From positions 4,064,001 to 4,128,000 of the forward strand of contig CAWAIF010000003.1 in assembly GCA_963782055.1 (NCBI GenBank): a DNA stretch of 64,000 bases. The letters are read 5' to 3'. A model generated the notes under the pieces. It did no database searches. It worked only from the letters and a program-made list of their open reading frames with translations, and was not told the DNA's origin. The translations under genes were made by a program, and so were the position numbers. The stretch comes from an uncultured delta proteobacterium. Lineage in GTDB: Bacteria > Myxococcota_A > Polyangia > Polyangiales > Polyangiaceae. The number at the start of each line of letters is the position of its first letter. The stretch's first letter is position 1. This document shows, in pieces, positions 9,890 through 18,103 of this stretch.

Positions 9890-10237
9890 TCACTGCACGA
9901 CGACGCTTCCCTTGAACATCCCCATGCCGCACTGGAAGCCGAGCGTGCGCGCCTGATCCGCCGGCACCTCGAAGCTCACCGGCTCGTTCAGCGGCAGCTC
10001 CTTGGTCACCTTGAGATCGGGGAAGACCACCTTCTTCGCGCAGGTGTCGTCGGTCGTGCGGGTGAAGACGAGGGTGGTGTGCGAGCCCTTCTTCACCTCC
10101 ACCGAGCTGGGCGTGAAGCCCTTGTCGTCGGCGGTGATGGCGATGGTGCCGGGGGCGGTCGTGCCCCCCGCGTTGCTCTTGCCGTGGCAGCCCGCCGCGA
10201 ACGCGACGAGCGCCAGGACCAGAAGTCCGTTGCGCAT
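9890..10237 (-). CDS. Cupredoxin-domain lipoprotein
   Basis: Lipobox AAGC; GFTPS, TC, C-terminal FQCGMGM. Confidence 0.85.
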   Translation of the reverse strand: MRNGLLVLALVAFAAGCHGKSNAGGTTAPGTIAITADDKGFTPSSVEVKKGSHTTLVFTRTTDDTCAKKVVFPDLKVTKELPLNEPVSFEVPADQARTLGFQCGMGMFKGSVVVQ

Positions 10238-10348
10238 GCGCCCATCCTAACCTCAGCGGCCGGCACGGCGCACCGAGAGGATTTGCCCGTTCCTGTACGC
10301 AGTCCACGAAGTCGACGGAGTACAGGAACGACAGAAGCCTCGAGAAGG

Positions 10349-10370
10349 ATTGGATGCCTCGGCATCCAAT
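10349..10370 (-). terminator. Perfect hairpin immediately downstream of tRNA-Pro (terminator or processing stem)
   Basis: ATTGGATGCC-TC-GGCATCCAAT; a second inverted repeat at 10288-10298/10320-10330. Confidence 0.6.
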
Positions 10371-10374
10371 AGAG

Positions 10375-10448
10375 TCGGGGCGAGAGGATTTGAACCTCCG
10401 ACTCCTCGGTCCCGAACCGAGTGCGCTACCAGGCTGCGCTACGCCCCG
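10375..10448 (-). tRNA. tRNA-Pro (CGG)
   Basis: CGGGGCG acceptor stem; anticodon arm CTCGG-TTCGGGA-CCGAG; GGTTCAAATCC T-arm; CCA not encoded. Confidence 0.97.
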
Positions 10449-10476
10449 TCGATTTCGCGCGCGAAACCGGGGCCGC

Positions 10477-10505
10477 GTTATGACGGGCCGCGGTGGACCC
10501 GTCAA
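10477..10505 (-). promoter_or_regulatory. Sigma70-type promoter of tRNA-Pro
   Basis: TTGACG-N17-CATAAC, 28 nt upstream of the tRNA. Confidence 0.6.
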
Positions 10506-10579
10506 CTGGAATCGGCCCCCCCTCGTGACGCACCCGCGGGGCATTTCCGGACGAATTGCCCGCGCTTAGGGCCCCCGCG

Positions 10580-10735
10580 CTTTCCTCTTGAAGGAGGTGC
10601 GACATGTGAGTACAAGGGCGCGGCTGCACGATTTATCGCACAGCAGCGTACCCCCTCGCTTCGCGGGCCTCGACCCCCGCGCTTGCCTACCTTCCGGCCC
10701 CTCTTCGCCACGCGGAGAGGGGCTTCTTTCGTTTC
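10580..10735 (+). ncRNA. Candidate small RNA
   Basis: Intergenic; CCTC-TTGAAG-GAGG stem, twin ACCCCC(T/G)CGCTT, GC hairpin plus U-tract on the + strand with no + strand gene upstream. Confidence 0.4.
10697..10734 (+). terminator. Intrinsic terminator (U-tract on + strand; may be bidirectional)
   Basis: GCCCCTCTTCGC-CAC-GCGGAGAGGGGC followed by TTCTTTCGTTT. Confidence 0.7.
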
Positions 10736-11418
10736 TACGAGGACAGGTGCTTCTTGAAGAACGCCAGCGTCCGGTCCCAGGCGAGCTTCGCGTTCGCCGG
10801 GCTGTGCACCTCCGGCCGGGTGTCGTTGAAGAAGGCGTGGTCGGCGTCGTCGTAGACGTGCAGATCCATCACCTTTCCGGCGTCGTGGATCTGCTTCTGG
10901 ATCGCCCGAGCGGCCTCCGGCTTCACCCAGTCGTCCTTGCCGGCGACGTGCGCCATGATGGGCGCGGTCACCTTCGTGTAGTCTGCAAATTTCGGGTCGG
11001 GGATGCCGTAGAAGGCGGTCACCGCCCAGAGGTGCGGCACGTTGCACGCCGAGGCGAGGGAGAGCGCCCCGCCCATGCAGAAGCCCATCACCGCCACCTT
11101 GCCGTTGCTGCTCTCGTGGGCGCGCAGGTGCTCGGCCGCGCCGGCGATCTCGTCGAGAGCCTGCTTCCAGTCCAGCGCGCCCATCATCTTCGCCGCCTCG
11201 CCCGGGTCCTTCGTGGTCTTGCCGTGGTAGAGGTCCGGCGCGAGCACGCGGAAGCCCTCCTTCGCGAGACGCGCGGCCACGTCGCGGATGTGGTCGTTCA
11301 CGCCCCACCACTCCTGGATGAGCACCACCCCGGGGGTCTTGCCCTCACCCTCCGGGACGACGAGATCTCCCTGACACTTTTGGCCCGACGGCGTCTTGAA
11401 GTCGATGCGCATGGTCAT
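10735..11418 (-). CDS. Dienelactone hydrolase family protein
   Basis: QEWWGVN, APDLY, GFCMGG, FYG, HAFFND; ATGA overlap with the upstream gene. Confidence 0.95.
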   Translation of the reverse strand: MTMRIDFKTPSGQKCQGDLVVPEGEGKTPGVVLIQEWWGVNDHIRDVAARLAKEGFRVLAPDLYHGKTTKDPGEAAKMMGALDWKQALDEIAGAAEHLRAHESSNGKVAVMGFCMGGALSLASACNVPHLWAVTAFYGIPDPKFADYTKVTAPIMAHVAGKDDWVKPEAARAIQKQIHDAGKVMDLHVYDDADHAFFNDTRPEVHSPANAKLAWDRTLAFFKKHLSS

Positions 11419-12227
11419 TGTCCTTTCGTGTCGTCCTGCGCGAAGCTCGGACGGCGCTTCTCCACGAAGGCGCGGCTGCCCTCGACGATGTCCTTGCTGC
11501 GGATGGCCCACTGCCCCAGCTCCGCTTCGATGCGCAGCCCCTCCTCCAGGGGCCGGCCCCATCCCATGAGCGCGGCCTGCTTGTCGCTGCGCATCGCGCC
11601 CTGGGGCAGGCTGCACAGCAGCTCGGCGATCTCCAGCGCGCGGGCGAGCGACCCGCCCTGCGGCACCACCTCGGTGGCGAGACCGATGCGCAGCGCCTCC
11701 TCGGCGCCGATGAAGCGGCCGGTCAGGATGAGCTCCATCGCGCGGCCGAGCCCGACGATGCGCGGCAGGCGCTGCGTGCCCCCGTCCACGAGCGGGACGT
11801 TGTAGCGCCGGCACGCGACGCCCATCTCGGCCTGCTCCTCCACCACCCGGATGTCCGCCAGACACATCAGCTCGAGCCCGCCGGCGAGGGCGTAGCCGTT
11901 CACCGCGGCGAGGATGGGCTTGTAGATGTCGGTCTGCCGCGTGTAGCCGAGGTAGCCCGGCCCGTGCGTGACGAACTGGCGCATGGCCGAGGCGGGAGCA
12001 TCCGGGCCGGGACCGAGCGTCTCCAGGGCGGAGAGGTCGGCGCCCGCGGAGAACGCGAGGCCCGAGCCGGTGAGCACCGCCACCCAAAGGTCGTCCTCGT
12101 CGCGGAAGCGGGTCCAGGCGTCGGAGAGCAGGTCGGCCGTCTCGCCATCGACGCAGTTCCGCTTCTCCGGGCGGTTGATCGTGACGACGAGGACGCGACC
12201 GCGCACCTCGGTGATGACCTTCGGCAT
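11415..12227 (-). CDS. Enoyl-CoA hydratase/isomerase (crotonase family)
   Basis: INRPEKRN, FSAGADL, AVNGYALAGGLEL, GGTQRLPR. Confidence 0.93.
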   Translation of the reverse strand: MPKVITEVRGRVLVVTINRPEKRNCVDGETADLLSDAWTRFRDEDDLWVAVLTGSGLAFSAGADLSALETLGPGPDAPASAMRQFVTHGPGYLGYTRQTDIYKPILAAVNGYALAGGLELMCLADIRVVEEQAEMGVACRRYNVPLVDGGTQRLPRIVGLGRAMELILTGRFIGAEEALRIGLATEVVPQGGSLARALEIAELLCSLPQGAMRSDKQAALMGWGRPLEEGLRIEAELGQWAIRSKDIVEGSRAFVEKRRPSFAQDDTKGQ

Positions 12228-12378
12228 GGGGGCGGAGGATACCGATTCTCAGGGGTTTGTCGGCCCATTTCCGGCCCCGCCGCCGGATCCACCCTCTGCC
12301 GGTTGCCGAGCATTTTCTGTTTCGTTGGAATTTGAGTTTAGTGGTACTGTAATCCCGGCCCAGGCGGCCAGGAGGACC

Positions 12379-12987
12379 ATGCCCCCCGAGCTCCCCGCAG
12401 TCCGCATCCTCATCGTCGACGACGACAAGGCCATCTGCGACTACATGCAGACCTTGCTCGAGGCCGACGGCTACTCCGTCAAGACCCTGAGCGACCCCAC
12501 CCTGGTCGAGCCGGAGGTTCGCCAGGGCGGCTACCACCTCATCATTCTGGACCTCATGATGCCCAAGCTGGACGGCATCGAGGTGCTGCGCCGCATCCGC
12601 AAGATCGACTCCGACATCGCCGTCGTCATCTTCACCGGGTTCCCCAACCTGGAGAGCGCGGTGGCGTCGATGAAGCTGGACGCCGTCGACTACATCAAGA
12701 AGCCCTTCAACGTGGACGAGTTCCGCGAGGTCCTCGGCCGCGTGATGCGCAAGAAGGGCCTGGCGCGCACGCCGGTGGAGCAGCTCCAGCGGTCCATCGG
12801 CGACACCATCCGCAACATGCGCAAGGAGAAGGACCTCACGCTCAAGCAGATGTCCCGGCGCACCGGGCTGAGCGTGTCGCTCCTGTCGCAGATCGAGCGA
12901 GCCGAGTCGTCAGCGTCGATCGAGTCGCTCTACAAGATCGCGCTGGCCCTCGACACGCGCATCCAGGACCTCTTCGGGGAGTTCTGA
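12379..12987 (+). CDS. Response regulator, receiver + XRE HTH (DigR-like architecture)
   Basis: GGAGGA RBS; ILIVDDD, LDLMMP, FTG, KKPF; C-terminal LTLKQMSRRTGLSVSLLSQIER. Confidence 0.9.
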   Translation: MPPELPAVRILIVDDDKAICDYMQTLLEADGYSVKTLSDPTLVEPEVRQGGYHLIILDLMMPKLDGIEVLRRIRKIDSDIAVVIFTGFPNLESAVASMKLDAVDYIKKPFNVDEFREVLGRVMRKKGLARTPVEQLQRSIGDTIRNMRKEKDLTLKQMSRRTGLSVSLLSQIERAESSASIESLYKIALALDTRIQDLFGEF

Positions 12988-13115
12988 GGGCCGGCCGAAG
13001 GCCGGCGGAGGGCGCGAACGGCGCGTATACTCAGCCCGCCGCGCGCGCCTCGGGGAGACCGCCGGGAGACACCTCGCCGGCGAGTGGACGTCTATTGGAG
13101 TCACCTGGAGTCTTC

Positions 13116-16100
13116 ATGATCGATCGCAGCCAAGGTCCTCGCTCGTCCCTCCGAAACGCGGCCGCCCTCGTCCTGCTCGGGGCGCTGGGGCTGGTGATGC
13201 AGCCTCACGGCGCCCGCGCGGCGTGGCCCCCGGCCAACCCCGACGTGGACATGACCAACCCGGCCAACCAGCCCAACGATCCTGGCTACCAGGGCCGGTG
13301 GAACTACTGGTCGTACCTGCCGAAGCAGGACCAGGGGACGGCGCCGTACCTCGCGGCCGACATGACGCTCGGCGCCTCCGGCATGAGCGTGGACAAGGCG
13401 TGGGCGCTGACCATCGGCGACCCGAGCGTGCACATCGCCATCCTGGACTCCGGCATCAAGTGGGACTCGCCCGATCTGGTGAACAAGGTGGCGCTCAACA
13501 TGGGCGAGCTCACCGGCACCGCCAGACCCCAGGACAAGAACGGGCAGGCGTGCGGCGGCGCGGGCAACCTCGCCGGCTACGACTGCAACGGCGACGGCGT
13601 CTTCAACGTGGCGGACTACCGCGACGACCCGCGCATCTCGCCGGTGGTGACGGGCGACAAGTGCTTCGACGGCATGGACCCGCAGAAGCCGACCACCACC
13701 GACCGCATCCAGGGAGACGTCAACCACAACTGCCTGCTCGATCCGGGCGATCTCATCCTGATGTTCTCCGACGGCAAGGACGACGACGGCAACGGCTACG
13801 TCGACGACATCGCCGGGTGGGACTTCTACCGCAACGACAACGACCCCTACGACGACACGCGCTACGGCCATGGGACCGGCGAGGCCAGCGACTCCTCGTC
13901 GGAGGGCAACAACGGCATGGACTCCATCGGCACGTGCCCGAAGTGCATGTTCGTGCCGCTGCGCGTGGGCGACAGCTTCGTCGCCGACGCCAACGACTTC
14001 GGCCAGGCGGCGATCTACGCGGCGGACAACGGCGTCTCGATCATCCAGGAGGCGCTCGGGACGATCGACCAGACGCCGCTCTCCAAGGCGGCGATCGACT
14101 ACGCCTACGCGCACGGCGTGATGATCGACGCGTCCATGGCGGACGAGAACTCGCGGCACCACAACATGCCGGCGACGACCAACCACACGCTGCCGGTGCA
14201 CACCGTCCGGTACAACGGCGACAGCTACCACAACTCCACCACCTTCCTCGCCTTCGACTCCTGCACCAACTACGGCGGACACTCCGCGCTCAGCGTCTCC
14301 GGGACGAGCTGCGCGAGCGAGGCGACGGGGCGCACCGCGGGCATCGCGGGCCTGGTGTACTCGGAGGGCCTCGGGCTCAACCCGCCGCTCAGCGCCGAGG
14401 AGGCGATGCAGCTCCTCAAGCAGTCGGCCGACGACATCGACGTGCCGGAGTCGCGGGTGGTCAACCCCGACACCGGCCTCGCGCCCTTCTACGAGTCGAA
14501 GCCGGGGTGGGACGAGCGCTTCAACTACGGCCGCGAGAACGCGTTCCGCGCCGTACAGATGGTCAAGGACGGCAAGATCCCGCCGGAGGTCGACCTCACC
14601 TCGCCCACCTGGTACCAGCCCATCTACGCCAGCCGCACCAGCGGCTCGGTGCCCATCATCGGCAGCGTCGCGGCGAGGCGCGCGCAGTCGTACGACTACG
14701 TCGTCGAGTGGGCGCCGGGCGTCGAGCCGGACGACAGCGAGTTCCAGCCGCTCATCGCGCAGGTGAGCAACGTGCCGGGCAAGACCGTGAGCGGCGGACC
14801 GAACGCGCCGCTCGCCACCTTCGACCCCTCGGCGATGGACACCGCGCACACGCCCGACCCCGACTCCCAGCCGCACTGCACGCGCGACGGGAGCTTCTGC
14901 TGGGGGCCGAACGACCGCACCGTCACGCTGCGCATCCGCGCGACGGCGCACTACGGCAGCTTCGACGTCAAGGGAGACGCGCGGCGCACCATCGCCATCA
15001 CCAACGCCAAGAACGGCGAGGACGCCGACCTCCTGCCCGGCTTCCCGATCAACCTCGGCACCTCCGGCGAGGGCAGCCCCAAGATGGCGGACATCGACGG
15101 CGACGGTGTGCGCGATCTGGTCTTCGGCGGGACCGACGGCCTGCTCCACGTCTGGTCGCTCAAGAGCGGGCAGCCGGTGGAGGTGCCCGGCTTCCCGGTC
15201 GCCACGGCGATCGTCGACGGCCTGGACGCCGCGCAGACCGACCCGCAGATCCCCTCGTACCTGGCCGGCGCGGCCTACGTGAAGGGGGCCAACGGCGGCA
15301 TCGATCCGACCAAGGTGCGCGAGGCGATCGGCAGCGCGCCGGCGATCGGCGATCTGGACGGCGACGGCAAGCCGGACATCGTCTTCGCGACGTGGCCCGG
15401 CACGATCTACGTCGTCGACCACGCCGGCAAGGCGCTCCCCGGCTGGCCCAAGCGGCTGCCGCTCGTGCCGAGCTGCCCGCTCGACCCGACCGTCAAGCCC
15501 ACGGGCGACTGCATGGACATTCGCCACGACCTCTCGCGCGGGACGTTCGCCGCGCCGGTGCTGGCGGACATGGACAAGGACGGCAAGCCGGAGATCATCC
15601 AGGCGGCGTTCGACGGCAACATCTACGTCTTCAAGGCGGACGGCTCGGCGCTCGCCGGCTGGCCGGTCCGGGTGCACACCTCCCGCGCCGACAAGTTCAA
15701 CCGCATCATGGCCACCCCGGTGCCGGTCGACCTCAACGGCGACGGCATCCCGGAGATCGTCACCGGGTCGAACGAGCGGGTCGGCGGCGGCGGCGGCTCC
15801 GGCCCCGTCTTCGCCATCGACGGACGCGGCACGAACACGCCGAACCCGCCCGCCGACGGCCCTTACCTGCCCAACTGGCCCTGGGTACGCACCTCGCTCA
15901 ACCTCTTCCCGGTCGTCGGCGAGGGCATCGTCGCCTCGCCGGTCGCGGCCGACCTGGACGGCGATGGGGTGCCGGAGATCGGCGTGGAGGGCAACGGGGC
16001 GCCGCCCATCATGGTCAAGGCGGACCCGGGCGCGCAGGTGGGGTTCGCCGACCCGCCCAACCAGCTCCCGCACCGCACCGACGAGGTGACCGGCGACCCG

Positions 16101-16880
16101 GAGGTGGGGTTCGAGCCGACGAGCATCTTCGGCGAGTACTCGCAGGCGTTCCTCCCCGACACCATGTTCCCCATCCTCAGCCAGCCGGCGGTGGGTGATC
16201 TGGACGAGGACGGCACGCCGGACCTCATCATGAGCGGCGGCTCGCTCAGCCTCATCGGGTCGCTCGCCGGCGGCGGCATTCCCCACAAGGTGCAGCACCT
16301 GCTCGCCGCGTGGAGCGGCAAGACCGGCAAGATGATGCCCGGCATGCCGGTGCCGCTCGAGGACTTCCAGTTCCTGACGAGCCCGTCGGTGGCCGACGTC
16401 GATGGCGACGGCTACCCCGAGGTGCTCATCGGCACCGGCGTCTACTTCCTGCACGCCGCGGACGCCTGCGGGCGCGAGGCGAAGGGCTGGCCCAAGTTCA
16501 CCAACGGCTGGATGACCGCCTCCGCGGCGGTCGGCGACCTGACGGGCGAGGGCTACCTCGACGTGGCCACGGCCACCCGCGAGGGCTACGTCTTCGCGTG
16601 GAAGACGCGCGGGCCATCGAGCGGCGTGGTGCAGTGGGAGTCCTTCCACCACGACAACGCCAACACCGGCAACTACAACAACCCGCTCGACCAGGGCGTG
16701 CTCGGGGGCGGCAAGCCGGCGCCCGACTGCTCCCTGCCCGCCGCGCCCCCCAGCGACACCGTGGACGCCGGCGGCGGCTGCGCGTGCGACGTGGAGGGCC
16801 ACACCGGCGGCCGCGGGGCCGGCGCCCTGCTCCTGGCGGGGCTGGGCCTCGTCCTGGTCGCCCGTCGCCGCAAGCGCTGA
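13116..16880 (+). CDS. S8 subtilase with FG-GAP/VCBS repeats and MYXO-CTERM
   Basis: IAILDSG, HGT, GTS; repeated DLDGDGxPEI; C-terminal GGGCAC...LLLAGLGLVLVARRRKR. Confidence 0.88.
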   Translation: MIDRSQGPRSSLRNAAALVLLGALGLVMQPHGARAAWPPANPDVDMTNPANQPNDPGYQGRWNYWSYLPKQDQGTAPYLAADMTLGASGMSVDKAWALTIGDPSVHIAILDSGIKWDSPDLVNKVALNMGELTGTARPQDKNGQACGGAGNLAGYDCNGDGVFNVADYRDDPRISPVVTGDKCFDGMDPQKPTTTDRIQGDVNHNCLLDPGDLILMFSDGKDDDGNGYVDDIAGWDFYRNDNDPYDDTRYGHGTGEASDSSSEGNNGMDSIGTCPKCMFVPLRVGDSFVADANDFGQAAIYAADNGVSIIQEALGTIDQTPLSKAAIDYAYAHGVMIDASMADENSRHHNMPATTNHTLPVHTVRYNGDSYHNSTTFLAFDSCTNYGGHSALSVSGTSCASEATGRTAGIAGLVYSEGLGLNPPLSAEEAMQLLKQSADDIDVPESRVVNPDTGLAPFYESKPGWDERFNYGRENAFRAVQMVKDGKIPPEVDLTSPTWYQPIYASRTSGSVPIIGSVAARRAQSYDYVVEWAPGVEPDDSEFQPLIAQVSNVPGKTVSGGPNAPLATFDPSAMDTAHTPDPDSQPHCTRDGSFCWGPNDRTVTLRIRATAHYGSFDVKGDARRTIAITNAKNGEDADLLPGFPINLGTSGEGSPKMADIDGDGVRDLVFGGTDGLLHVWSLKSGQPVEVPGFPVATAIVDGLDAAQTDPQIPSYLAGAAYVKGANGGIDPTKVREAIGSAPAIGDLDGDGKPDIVFATWPGTIYVVDHAGKALPGWPKRLPLVPSCPLDPTVKPTGDCMDIRHDLSRGTFAAPVLADMDKDGKPEIIQAAFDGNIYVFKADGSALAGWPVRVHTSRADKFNRIMATPVPVDLNGDGIPEIVTGSNERVGGGGGSGPVFAIDGRGTNTPNPPADGPYLPNWPWVRTSLNLFPVVGEGIVASPVAADLDGDGVPEIGVEGNGAPPIMVKADPGAQVGFADPPNQLPHRTDEVTGDPEVGFEPTSIFGEYSQAFLPDTMFPILSQPAVGDLDEDGTPDLIMSGGSLSLIGSLAGGGIPHKVQHLLAAWSGKTGKMMPGMPVPLEDFQFLTSPSVADVDGDGYPEVLIGTGVYFLHAADACGREAKGWPKFTNGWMTASAAVGDLTGEGYLDVATATREGYVFAWKTRGPSSGVVQWESFHHDNANTGNYNNPLDQGVLGGGKPAPDCSLPAAPPSDTVDAGGGCACDVEGHTGGRGAGALLLAGLGLVLVARRRKR

Positions 16881-16928
16881 AGTCCCCCCCCGAAGCCGGG
16901 CGTCAGGACTCCCGTCGCAACGAAGTCC

Positions 16929-16958
16929 TTTACAGGGCTGGCCGCGCTCCACGATACT
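16929..16958 (+). promoter_or_regulatory. Possible sigma70 promoter of tRNA-Met
   Basis: TTTACA-N18-GATACT, 14 nt upstream of the tRNA. Confidence 0.45.
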
Positions 16959-16972
16959 GCGCGCGCTTTTTC

Positions 16973-17046
16973 GCCGGAGTAGCTCAGTCGGTTAGAGCGG
17001 GCGTTTCATACGCGCTAGGTCGGGGGTTCAAATCCCTCCTCCGGCA
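16973..17046 (+). tRNA. tRNA-Met (CAT), elongator type
   Basis: GCCGGAG/CTCCGGC acceptor stem with paired G1-C72 (not initiator); loop TTCATAC; GGTTCAAATCC. Ile2 not fully excluded. Confidence 0.93.
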
Positions 17047-17227
17047 CAGTACCCTCGTCGTGTTCGTCGAAGCCGGCGCCCTCAGGGCGTGCAGCAGGCT
17101 TCGCACGGAGCGTAGTCTACGCACCTATCCTGTTCGGTATAGTCTGGGCGCAGGTCACCGCCGACGACGATCCGCGTGGTTGCGGGCGCCGGGGCTGGCT
17201 GGCGCTCACCTTGCAGAGGGCGTCCTC

Positions 17228-18103
17228 GTGGGTTCGTTGCGTGTCGCCAGGCCCTGGGTTGGAGCAGCCGCCGTCGCCGCCGTGTGTGGCGTGAGCGCCG
17301 CGGCGCACGCGGCCGGGCCGCAGTCGCTCTCCTCGACCTTCTACAGCCCCACGCCGCACCCGACGATCGCCGGGGTCGCCTGCGCGCTGGACGCGACGGC
17401 GCGCGTCGAGGGCGTGGATCAGCCGATCGACATGCGCGTGCTGGAGGACACCTCCCTGCTCTGCTGGACGCCTCGCACGCAGCCGGGAGCGGTGCACGTG
17501 ACGGTGCAGATGACGGCCGACGTGAGCAAGGGCCCGGGGCAGATCGTGGTCGAGGTGACCCTCCCCGACAACGCGACGCAGCAGGCGGCGACCGACCTGC
17601 AGTCCGCCGCGGTGGGCATCGCCAACGAGCTCCAGCGCCGGCTGGGCGCGCAGCCGCCGCCGCAGGGCACGACCACGACGCCGGCGCCCACGCAGCCGGC
17701 CCCCCCGCCGACGCCCCCGGTGCACACGCACCCGGTGAGCGAGCCGAACTACGCGCTCATCGGCGTGGGCGCTGGCGCGATCCTGCTCGGCTGGGGGACC
17801 TCCGCCCTCATCGGCGTGGGCATCTCCGAGAGCGGTGGGGACCCGGGGACGCCGCGCTTCTGGCCGTACGTGCCCTTCTTCGGCATGGTCGCCTTCTCCG
17901 CGACGTACAGGGAGGCGGCCAACTGCGACTGCTCCGCCGGCCGCGTCGTCTCCCTCATCGGCAGCGTCGTCATCGACGCGCTGCAGGTGGCGGGCGTGGT
18001 CATGATCATCGCCGGCGTCACCTCGCCGAGGACGAAGCAGGTGCCGGACACGGTGGGCCTGCGCGTGGGACCGGGCAGCTTGATGCTGGAGGGCACCTTC
18101 TGA
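17228..18103 (+). CDS. Hypothetical exported/membrane protein
   Basis: Signal peptide (AAAHA), Pro/Thr linker, three hydrophobic segments, C-terminal LEGTF; start uncertain. Confidence 0.6.
   Translation: MGSLRVARPWVGAAAVAAVCGVSAAAHAAGPQSLSSTFYSPTPHPTIAGVACALDATARVEGVDQPIDMRVLEDTSLLCWTPRTQPGAVHVTVQMTADVSKGPGQIVVEVTLPDNATQQAATDLQSAAVGIANELQRRLGAQPPPQGTTTTPAPTQPAPPPTPPVHTHPVSEPNYALIGVGAGAILLGWGTSALIGVGISESGGDPGTPRFWPYVPFFGMVAFSATYREAANCDCSAGRVVSLIGSVVIDALQVAGVVMIIAGVTSPRTKQVPDTVGLRVGPGSLMLEGTF

Noticed and set aside
13101..16952. 1283-aa minus-strand ORF
   Set aside because: Antisense shadow of the subtilase gene; stop codons are scarce at this GC; no motifs
16973..17046. Initiator tRNA-fMet
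   Set aside because: 1-72 is paired and the anticodon stem lacks three consecutive G-C pairs
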